Of a stretch of DNA of 64,000 bases, positions 43,401-54,023 are shown in pieces. Both the position numbers and the translations under genes were made by a program. The stretch comes from a virus. Its lineage: Duplodnaviria > Heunggongvirae > Uroviricota > Caudoviricetes. The stretch is from the IMG/VR virus record IMGVR_UViG_3300029969_000011; one strand, 5' to 3'. A model generated the notes under the pieces. That model did not search any database. It saw nothing but the letters and a program-made list of their open reading frames with translations, and was not told where the DNA came from. Position 1 is the first letter of the stretch. Every line of letters begins with the position of its first letter.

Positions 43401-45016
43401 ATCGCATATGCAATACCATTAACGTCAGCAGCAGCGTGAGCAGCAAGTTCTGAGTAGACATCGGTAATATGAGCGCCCTAATCCATTTCCATATGGAAAC
43501 CACGAAGGGCAGCAGTCATTTGCTGAGTAGCAGTTTCAAAATCTGCTCCACCAAGTGTTGCCAATTTCATAGTATCTTCTGTCAATTTCAATGCATCTGC
43601 AGTTTCAAGACCTTGCTGGTAGAATAAAGCTGAAGCCTTAATTGCAGACTCAGTAGACTGTCCAAGTTTATTTGCAATAGCAACATACTGGTCATAACTT
43701 GACCACAAATCGCTTACGCTCTTATTAGTTACCATCGCAATTGAAGCGAAAGCTTTATCAAGTTTTTCAACATCAGCAAAGGTTTCACTAATTAATCTAC
43801 GAATTGTTCTAAATACAAAAGTAAAAGAAGCATAACGAGCGATAGTATTACTAATACGGTCAAATTTCTAATCTAACTTATCAAGAGCCTATCTCTATTC
43901 ATCAGTTACCTTTACATTTTTCTTTTCCTGATTCATCTAATCGTTCAAAGATGCTGTTACTTTTGCATTTTCTGCCGCCTGTCTCTTAGAAGCCTCAATT
44001 GCTCTTTCTTTAGTTTTTTCTCCTTCGGCTTCTGCTTTATTTGCATCATTCGCCGCGATAGTAACATTATTATATTCGCTTCTTGTTCTATCAAGCGCTT
44101 CAACCATAAGACGACTTTCTGTCTCAACTTCTGCTGTATTTGCTCTCTGTCTTTCAAGTTTATTATTTAAAGTATCTATATTCTTATTACTTTTGTTTAC
44201 AGCACTACGGTAATTTGAGAAAGCTTCTGCAACTCGATTCATAATGCCTTCAACATTCTTTGCCTTGATACCTAATCTGTCTAATTCTTCACCAAAAGCT
44301 TTCTAAGCCTTTTTTGCAGATGGTGCGCCCTTAATAGCATTTTCATATGCTGTATTAACAGCTTTTAACTGAGTATCATCGAGTTTTTGACTACCATCTG
44401 ATGTAGTAAAGCGCTGTCTCTGAAAACCACTTTTTTCTACCTTAACTTCTTGACTTTTTGCTAAGTTAAGTTGTTTCTCCATCTCAGCAGTTTTCTTTTC
44501 TTCTTCTTTTACCTATTTTTCATAAACAGATAATATTCTCTTTTGTACTTCTTCATAAGATTTTCCTTCCTGCGCCACCTTAGTTATTTCAGCAACAAGA
44601 TTCTTGGCAGTAGTTCCCATATTTGAAGTTTCAACATTTAAAGCTAATTTAAGACTCTTAGACAAATCAGTTGCTTTTTGACGAAGTGTAGCAACCTAAC
44701 TATCTACATCTTTAATAATTCTCTTTAAATTATCTGCATTTATACTATCAAAACTCTGCCCAACTTTTCTTACATCAAGCTCAAGCTTATTCATATTACT
44801 TTCAAAAGCTGAAAGCTCTTTTGAAGAGGAGAATCCTCTTTCCATCTGGGCTTTAATTGTTGCGCCCAAATTCTATATTTTAGCTATCTCCTTATCTAAG
44901 TTACCTATTAAAGGAGAATCGCCTTGTTTGGCAAGCTCTGAACGAACTTGTTTTATGGAATTAAGTATCCCAGATACATCAAGTTCACTTCTCAATCTAA
45001 TTGTAGTTGAACCCAT
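37409..45016 (-). CDS. Tail tape measure protein, 2535 aa, many TAG
   Basis: Nine track fragments share one frame from ATG 45016. TP901-type core (KLGQSTESAIKASALFYQQG...TASIAANAGMSFETTSALLAQM...IGTAMKTIIARF), Gly-rich hydrophobic segment, C-terminal YATGGLVPYTG...VDGTPSRPEAFL. Confidence 0.9.
42288..42384 (-). repeat. Three 11-aa repeats in the TMP
   Basis: ATEEAGAWTEV ATEEAGATAEV ATEEAGAAAVN. Confidence 0.7.
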
Positions 45017-45036
45017 TTAATTCACCTCTTCTTTTA

Positions 45037-46944
45037 TCATTCAAATTTATCTAAATTAAAGTTTATTCCTTTAAATTCAATTCTTCCATTTAAACCACTA
45101 ACCAATGACTAAACAGAAGTTGCTTTAAAGGGAACGTTTTCTTCAAGCGTATTAAATTTATTATTCTAAGTATTTCTTTGAAAATCAAATCTCTAAGGAG
45201 ATTTAGCATTTCTTACTGTTTTTATGAGCAAGTAATATAAGTAAGAACTCGGAATAATTAAATTCTTTAAAAAGAAAGCGTCACTACGAGTAAAATCATC
45301 AGTATCTCCAGCCGATATTCTTAAAAAATTATCTGAATAGTCATATAATGACATCTCAATAGAGTGTTTAAATTTAATTGGAGTGGTCCATCCAAGACCT
45401 CCATCTGCTCCACCCTATTCTAACATACTTTCATTTGCAAATAACCAATAATATGTATCAGCGGCATTTCCCACATATTTCTACATAATATTCTTATTAG
45501 AAACATCAAAATCAGTTCTGTAGAAACCACTTTGTTTTTTAAGACTTTTAAAATTCTTTACCTGAAATCCGAACTTCTTACCAGCAATCTAAACAACAAC
45601 GTCCATTGCAACTTCACCGGCTTCTGTCTCATCACTACCAGTAACTGAAGCAGAACTTCCTTTAATCTTTGAAACAACAGCAATCGCGGCGGCAAGCTCT
45701 CCAAGAATACCTCTTGTTTGTGCATATCCCCAACGAGCAATTATCTTTCTGACATCTTCTGATGTTCGCGCCTGTTCATTCTCATTTTTATTTATATCTG
45801 TTAATATAATATCTCTTATGATAGATTTATTATTTATTAAATCTTTTTCAATAAGTTTATAATCATAATCATTATGACTTTTTGCAAAACTTATCGCAGT
45901 AGTATATAAAACATCATATAGTATATCTACCATCTATTCTGGAGAAATCATAGTTCCATCATCAGTCCATAATTTAGCATTGACCTATGCGGCGTAAATA
46001 CCATTATTAACAGTTACATCGCTTGATAAAGAAAGGGGTCCTATTGGAGTATCAAATTTAATATCAACCCCACTTGTTTTTGCAGCAATACTCATAACTC
46101 TTTTTAAAATATTTTTTAACTCTCTCTCTGTCTACTCAGATACACCTTTTTTAGTTCCATTGGTACGAGCGTTAAAATATATGTCTCTTCTCGTTCCATT
46201 AAAAAGAGCATTAGCCTCCTATTCAAAAATTGAACCTATATTATTATAAACGCCTTCAACAAACTCTGGAGACTGTAATGCCGCGGTTCCTATCCCCTCT
46301 CCTATATAATCATTCATATACTTTTCAAACTACACAAGCCATTTATTATATTCATCTCTATTAGTCAACTTTCTTGTCTCTAAAAAGGCACTTCTTTGAG
46401 GTCCTTTTTCAATCATAGATTTTCCTTTTTCAGTCAAAAATAAATTTGCTAATTCATAAGTAGCAGTATTTACTTTTCGTCCTTTTACTTGTGCAGATGC
46501 GTGTAAACTAAAAGTATTGCTTGAATGAGATAAATAAGTAGCATATTCATAATCTTGAAATAATGCCCTTAAATCATTTTTATCACTATATAATTTCTTT
46601 TTCACTACTTTATTAAACTCTTTTGCATAAGCATCATTCTCTGGAGAGCTAACGTGAGCTGGAGCAGATTTAATTTTCTCAGCTTTAATTGCTGTAAGAA
46701 ACTGTTGTTCTCTTCCAATTGCAGTAGTATATAAACTCTAAAGTTTATCTTCTAACGCAGCAATTAACTTATCTTTTTTTGTATAATAAGGCTAATTCAA
46801 AAGATTATAAGCCTATGTAGCAAATTGTCTATACTCTTCAGACCAAAAGAAAGATTCCTCTGCATTTAATTCAATATTATCTTTTCTGCCCATTTTTGTA
46901 TATTGAATAATAGAAGGCTTAGAGCCATTAACAATATTATCCAT
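45037..46944 (-). CDS. 635-aa protein between the tail tubes and TMP with a possible PD-(D/E)xK-like motif
   Basis: Single frame with TAG read-through; RGILGE...MDVVVQIAGKKFGFQVKNF. Confidence 0.65.
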
Positions 46945-46959
46945 TCTCTCACCTCACAA

Positions 46960-46991
46960 ACAAAAAGAGGACAACTCGCGCCGCCCTCTTA
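46960..46991 (-). terminator. Intrinsic terminator
   Basis: On the - strand: AAGAGGGCGGC-gcga-GTTGTCCTCTT followed by TTGTTT. Confidence 0.55.
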
Positions 46992-47891
46992 AATATAATC
47001 TCCAGTTAATTCTTTATCTAAGAAAGTAACATAGGCAATAGTCTGGTCTTCTCTTCTTCTACTTTCATCTGGATAACCAGTAAAGAAGAAATCACTAACT
47101 GTAGACTAATCATAGTTCTTTCCTAATCTTATTGATAAACTCGAAGATAATTTAATCTTTGGCATCTCCAATATCGCAGTGGTCACTTCACCACTCTTTT
47201 CATCCTTTACACTCATTTTCCCCTGCAAACGGAGAAAACCATTTAGAAGTCTATTGCCTACTTCTAATGTCCTAATCTTATCTTCATAATCAAAGGTATA
47301 ATCTACCTCAACCTTTCTCACAGACTATTTAAAGAATATACGATTTTGATATATCTCAAAATCTCTAATTCTCTAACCTGTTTCTGTATCATATATAAAT
47401 ATCCACTTAGTCTTAGAAGGAGGTAATGGTTTAAGCATTAACTCTGGTCTTCTACCCATAGGCAATGGTTCAAAGCAAGGATTTGGCTATGCACCAAGTT
47501 TACAATCACAACTGTTTGGACAATATTTTAAATCCACATAGCAATAGTCTCCTTCTTCAATTGCCTATAATTCCTAATTATACTAAATAGATTTATATAC
47601 TGGCTCTTTCAATTTTGAATTACTAAGTAATGCCCAACTCTTTGGTGAAAGAACACCATGACTTATTGCAAAGTTCATTTCTTTATCAACTTCCCAATTT
47701 ACAAGGGCTGGATTATGATAGCCGCCACGAGCAGATACTTCTCGTTTTATCTCATTTATCTGAGCAATCTCAGCGGTCTTAAAACTTAATATAGTTTCAT
47801 TTATATCATACTTCTTTCCACCTATCTCTAAAGGAGAGTTGAGTCTTAAAGAGACATCATAAAGCTCTTTCATTCCAACAAAATTATCCAT
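46989..47891 (-). CDS. Divergent tail-tube-like paralog 5, 300 aa
   Basis: FVGMKELYDV, SARGGYHNPALVNWE, SGEVTTAILEMPKIKL; joins track fragments through TAGs. Confidence 0.6.
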
Positions 47892-47949
47892 TGGACATAC
47901 CTCCTTTTCATTTTCTTATAACAAGTAGATTTTCATAGAGATGTATATA

Positions 47950-47977
47950 AAGAAAAGAGACGACCGAAGTCGTCTCA
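47950..47977 (-). terminator. Intrinsic terminator after tail paralog 4
   Basis: On the - strand: GAGACGAC-TTCG-GTCGTCTC followed by TTTTCTTT. Confidence 0.85.
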
Positions 47978-47982
47978 TAATA

Positions 47983-49446
47983 TCAATATAGTTCATCATT
48001 TGAGAAGCCAACGGTCTTCTTCTTAGGAACATCTGTTGGAGTATATGTGTAGCGAGATTTCTAAGGAACGATACGAGTACCGCCGTGAATGAAGTCTTCA
48101 TCTACATCAATCTATTTAAGCTCCATTTGAATGTCATTTGGAGGAGTAAGAACATCAATCTTCATTTCAAATGTAGTAGGGTCGCCCTCTGCTTCAAGTG
48201 TAATGCTGGTATCTGAAGAAACTTGAGCTCTATGGATAGTAAATTGATAACGCTGGTCTTTACCAGTTTTCTGCTCACGAATGTAAGTTTCTCCAACGAT
48301 TTTATATGTATCTGGGAAAGTCTCTGCATCAATTACAAATGTCTTTCCGAGAATACCGTCATCGTCACCAACCTTTCTTTTAACAGTGCGGCTCCATTTA
48401 TAATAAACAGTTCCCTGTTTAATTTTGAATAAATCATTGTCTGTAACTCTATTGAAATCTTTATCATATATACCAGGGTTGTCTGCACTATCCCATCCAC
48501 TGATAAATCCTTCATCAGTAACAGCAAGTAATGGAAGCATTGTCTTAGCATCGTAATAAATTACATAGCTGGTTGTCTGGTCATTACGGTAATACTTAAG
48601 CAAGTTCTTTTTCTATTCTGCTGTACTAATTGTAAGACCATCTCTATTTTTAACAATACATTTCTCCATTCTATCAACAACTTCTGTATCATAGATTTCA
48701 GTTTCAATAGTACCGAGCTTCTTCAACTCATTAATATAAGAGAATATCTTCGCTAAAACAATTTCTGGCATGGCGGCCTGTGAACGGAACCACTCATCCT
48801 ATGTTGTAGCTGTTGTGAAGCTCTTTACTGAATTGTAATCTTCAGTTGTAAATGGCTTTGAAGTAGTCATCTATTCCTATGTATACTCAATTACCCAAGT
48901 TCTATTGAAATAGCGTCTTCTTAACTCTGTTCTATTTTCTTCTACCCAAGACTCATCGCCAGTTGGATTTTCAACGAAGTAAATAGTGTCATGGTCATTA
49001 TCAGCACCAGAAGGAACTTCTGTTTCTTGTGCCGCCTTAAAGATAAGCTCCCATTCATCATCTGTAAGAGCAGGTGATGGATAAGCTTTTGTAGAATAAT
49101 TAAGGCTACCATATTTATTAGCCATATTACTTTTGACAATAGCAGAAGTATAATCTGTCATTTTGGCATTTAACTTGCCGCCCCAGACTAAACTCATTGA
49201 AGCTGGGCTGAATAAAGCGTCTGTAAGATTTAATGTCAACTCTTTACCGAAGTTCCAAGTAATTAACTTCTTATTGCCTTTACCACCTTTAGCCTCAACT
49301 TTCTCTGCTGATTTCTCAATTGTGGAAACCTTTAAAGTATCGAGAACGAGGACGGGAGTGTAGAACTCTTCATCGCCTACTTTAGTAATACTATAGAATA
49401 CTACGTCAGCGACCTCTTTTATTCCGTACTGCTTAAAAAGATTCAT
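47983..49446 (-). CDS. Tail-tube-like paralog 4, 487 aa
   Basis: NLFKQYGIKEVADV, LDTLKVST, GGKGNKKLITW, FPDTYKIVGET, GKDQRYQF, LEAEGDPTTF. Confidence 0.72.
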
Positions 49447-52022
49447 TCACCCACCTCCTCATCAAGATTTTCTACTGTAACAGTATATTCGTCATGGTTA
49501 AGCTGTTCAGTATTTTCTGTTCTAACAACCTGTCTATCTACAACCTCAAGAGTCTGAGTATTATATGTTTCAGCCATAGTTGTAGCAGATGTATCAAGAA
49601 CAGCACTAATATCCTCTGTAATTGCAATCTCTCCACCGAGTTCTTCCTCAGTAAATTCTCTTGTAATTGTTGGAGGTTTAATAAGACGAATTGCGGCTTC
49701 CTTAGTAGAAGTGTAAATAGTATCATATGTGTTATCTTCAATAACATCAGTAGGAACTACCTTTGTACTACCACTTGTATAACCATCATAACTGTTGCAA
49801 TCTACGCTATACTGAGTCAACTTCATCATAACTCCATCATCGCGGCGCAATACCTTAAACTTCATTGGGAATGTAGTTGGGTCGCCGTCAGCCTAAAGAG
49901 TAAGATTTGTCTCAGGTGAAAGCTTTGCAAGAGGAATCTCAAACTAATATCTCTAATCCTTACCATCATCACGACTACGGCAATATGTCTCACCAACGAT
50001 ACGATATGTGCCTGGGAAGTGCTCAGCATCGACGATAATACGATGTCCAAGAGTTGTGTAAGGAGGAGCTATTGTACGAGTCCATTTATAATAAATTTCG
50101 TACTGCTTTATAATACGAAGATTACCTGTAATAACATCGCCATTCTGACGAGTGAAGCTACCAGAGTTTGGTTCATAAGGCTTCATTGTCTTAGGGTCAA
50201 TGAATACTGTAAGTGGTGCTTCAGCATATTCCTGCATATAACGGTAATTAGCCATTGCAAGATTCTTGTTAGCATCAATAGCGAATGTCTGAGTTGCTTT
50301 GCACTTCTCCATTCTATCAAGAACTGGTACGTTTTCCATTCCACTCTCAATAGGATGAATAAGGTCATATGGAGTATCTCCACCGAAGTTCCAGTCAGCT
50401 ACAATATAGAAACGTCCAAGAGGAACTCTTACAAAACGCTTAATTGACTTATTATTCTGAACTGGAAGATTAAGCTCAACATTCATAAAGAAATCAATTG
50501 TTGCATCATATGGATTTACAAAGTAACCATAACTCTGTCTCTGTATATTCTGACGAGTAAGTTCCATAATGTTAACAATTTCCTCATCATTTGCTTTTAT
50601 CCATTGTGGTTCAGCATCTGCATCATATACTGTCTCATAGAAGCCCTGGCGGCCTATCATAATTTCCTTCTGTGTGCTGTTACGAGGAACACGATAACGA
50701 AGATTTGCATTTTCAAGATAATAGATGTCCTAATCTCCTTCAAATGAAACCATCTTCATATCTACCTTATTCCACTCATAACCATAAGCTGCAACTGAAC
50801 TGCCACAAGCTGTTGCACTATCTCCGATAATGCCGTCACATTTAGGAATTGGAGTGTAAATACAGAACTATTCATCATACTAATTATCAAGTGTGATTGT
50901 ATCTCCTTCAAGTAAACCAGTTAAAACCTACATATCGAAAGTGCTGAAATTGAAATCTCCATAATTGTCAATTGCCATTTCTGCTCTTTCAGGTCTTCCT
51001 TTATAAGTTGAAGGATGGTCCTGCTTAGCTTTTGTCAAGCCCTCTACGATTGAGTTTTCTCCAATATTCCAGTAGTAAGTTTTAACAAGAGTAGCTTCAG
51101 TATCTTCTGCTGTTTCTCTTTCACCAGTTTCATAGCCCTTTGGACATTTATAACCAGCAGCGTAATCATCAAGTGATTCATACTTATATTCAGCATCTAT
51201 TGGAGTAAATTCAACTGTTTTTATTGAGCCATCACAAGGACAAATAAAAGTAACAGTCTAACCATCAATAAACTGAATTTCTTTGATTTCTGGAGCATCA
51301 GGATTTAATGGGCCTAATGACGGCATACCATAGGTCATTTCAACAGTATACCATCCACCACTTGTATCAGCAACAGCATTTAAAAAGTCCAACATAGCCT
51401 AAATACTTGTATTATCGTTAGGGATTTCTTCTCCAGTAAAAGCATTATGGAAAGTTTCATTCTGTAAATACAAATTAAAATGACGTATCATTTCTGTATA
51501 TACATTTCCATTTGTTACATATACTAAATATACCCAATTATCTCCCGCTCTTCTAATACCATATTTAAACTGCTAAGTAGGAACTGGTAATTCAGCAATA
51601 GGGGTCCCATCCTCAAAAGTAAAATATCCACTTGCCCAGTTTGGAAGTACAATCTTTTCAAGATATATAGTTCTTCCATATTCGTCCTTCGGATAAACTA
51701 AAGGATTCCATAAGCCCTATACTTTAGGCTTCTTTATTCCGAACTTTCCGCCCCACATTAGGCTCTGACTTGCAGGAGTGTAGAGGGCATCCTCGAGACT
51801 AAGGGAAATTTCTTTCCCGTAGTCCCAAGTAATCAATTCAGGATTGCCCTTACCGCCTCTGGCGGAGGTTTCTTCTGCTGTCTGTTCTAATGTAGAGACT
51901 TTTAAGGTGTCGAGGTACATAACCGGAATATAAACCTCGTTATCATATTTGTCAAGTTCAATAGCATAGATAGTTACATCAGCAACTTCTTTAATACCAT
52001 ATTGTTCAAATATATTAGCCAC
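49443..52022 (-). CDS. Tail-tube-like paralog 3, 859 aa
   Basis: NIFEQYGIKEVADV, LDTLKVST, GGKGNPELITWDYGK, FPGTYRIVGET, GKDQRYQF (both Q are TAG), LQADGDPTTF; frame checked by hand. Confidence 0.72.
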
Positions 52023-52040
52023 CTGTCTCGCCTCCTTTTA

Positions 52041-53936
52041 TTACTCACTCAACACTTCGGTTGAGCCATCTACTGCATAGAAGCAACCATTCTCTCCTTC
52101 AAGCATTTTTTCAGCTATTTCATAAGCTGTAAGCTCCATCATAATTCCGCTCTTTGGCTTAGCTACTTCTAAGTTCAAATTAAAAGTAGTTGGGTCGCCA
52201 TCTGCCTACAATGTAAGCGTATGGTCTGAACGAACTTTACATAATGGGAACTTAATCTGCATACGCTCGTCTTCACCTGTGTCGCGAGAGCGGATATAAG
52301 TTTCTCCTACCATCATATACATACCAGGCCACTGGTCGGCACGTATAGTAATCTTATTGCCTTTAATTCTCTTACCCTTTGGAGCCATTGTAAGAGACTT
52401 TACATAGAATGGCTCGCCCTGGTGGAACCAGTAGTCATCAGCATAAGGCTGCATTGTTCTTGGGTTAATATAAGCCCAAAGTTTTCCTTCAGCCTTTCTT
52501 GACTCGCCATCTGTGTTTTCTGTAACTTCTGTAATGTTCTGATTTACTGCCCAGTCATCCTCTTCTGGCTCTGGCTCCGGCTCAGGTTCTGGGTCGTCGC
52601 CTGGGTCATCAGTTGGGTCATCGGATGGCTCAACTGGCTCAATTGGGTCATCACCATCACGAGTGATTTCTGTCTGTGGAGTAACAGGCTCATCAGGACC
52701 ATATACCATAGTAGTTGGGTCAATAGTAACAGGAGTTATCTTCTTTATATCATCCTCATACTTTGTTATTAAGAAATAAGCAAGAGCATTGATACTATCA
52801 AATCTCAACCACATATCTATATTCTTAAACTGGTAAACGTTAACAGGAGTCTTAGGCTGTGTCCAAGTTACAGCATCGTCAAGGTCTCCGTCGTCTACAG
52901 TAGTAGCTACACCAAGTAATGCATAGTAATCATCATTACTATCTACAATAATAGCAAGATAATCAGCTTCGCAGATTTCGATTGGCTCATCGCCAATGTT
53001 ATAAATGCTTCCAAGCTGGTCTTCAATGAATGGCTTTTCTTCAGCGTCCTTACCAAACAATGAAGCAAATGTTCTGTTCTACTTATATGGATAAGACTTT
53101 ACAAGAACATTAGGTTCAGTAGTCTTTGTAGTAGCACTCTTCTTGTCTGGCTCAACGTGAGCTGTTACGCCGCCCTCCATAGCATCATCGAAAATGATTT
53201 CTGCTCTTGGAGCTTTCAAATCTGACTTGCTATTAATCTTATATATAATAGCGTCCTTATAATTGATGTAGTCTGGAAGACTTGAAACTGAAATCTTCTT
53301 AAACTGGTCAATAGGATAAGAACGACCTTTAATATCAAAGAACTTATCTGGAACAACTGCAATTGACTTAACTCTTGTTTCAATAGCCATTCTCCAGCCA
53401 TATACGTGTCCTTGAACAATGCCGTGACCTCTAATTTCTGCACCATCAATTACTGATGAACGCATAAGAAGGTCAAGACTTGGGTCAACCTCATCTTCTG
53501 AAAGTTTAGGAAGTAAATGAGAAATTGTACTTCTTTCACTGTTCATACCTGGGAAAATGCACTTTTCCATTCTTGAAATCTTTGTTAATGGATTCTTGCA
53601 ATAACAAATATCTGTATCATAATCAAGCTGAGCATCTTTCCAGTCTGCGCTTAATGTACCATTCCAACATAATCCTAATGATGCAGGTGTACAGAGAGCA
53701 TCCTCAAGGGTAACGTTAATCTGCTTGCCAAAGTCCCAGTTAATCAAGCGAGCATTTCCTTTACCACCCTGTGCCCATACATTTTCCGCAGTCTTCTCAG
53801 CTGTGGAAATTTTCAAAGTATCAAGATAAAGTGCGGGTACATAATATACATCGCCGCTACCATCTTTCTTCTTATGAATACTGTACAAGGTAACGTCAGC
53901 GACTTCCTTTATACCATACTGGTCAAATATATTCAC
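52041..53936 (-). CDS. Tail-tube-like paralog 2, 631 aa
   Basis: NIFDQYGIKEVADV, LDTLKIST, GGKGNARLINWDFGK, WPGMYMMVGET, LQADGDPTTF; TAGs at 53079 and 52206. Confidence 0.72.
52555..52660 (-). repeat. Acidic Pro-rich low-complexity linker
   Basis: DGDDPIEPVEPSDDPTDDPGDDPEPEPEPEPEEDDW. Confidence 0.75.
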
Positions 53937-53963
53937 ACATATTCACCTCGCTTATTTTATCCT

Positions 53964-54010
53964 AAGAAAAATTGGCTATTGAACTATTTAATTCAATAGC
54001 CAATTTCTTA
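53964..54010 (-). terminator. Long hairpin, probable terminator after the major tail gene
   Basis: TTGGCTATTGAA-N8-TTCAATAGCCAA, followed by TTTTTC on the - strand. Confidence 0.7.
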
Positions 54011-54023
54011 GCTTAATATGTTA

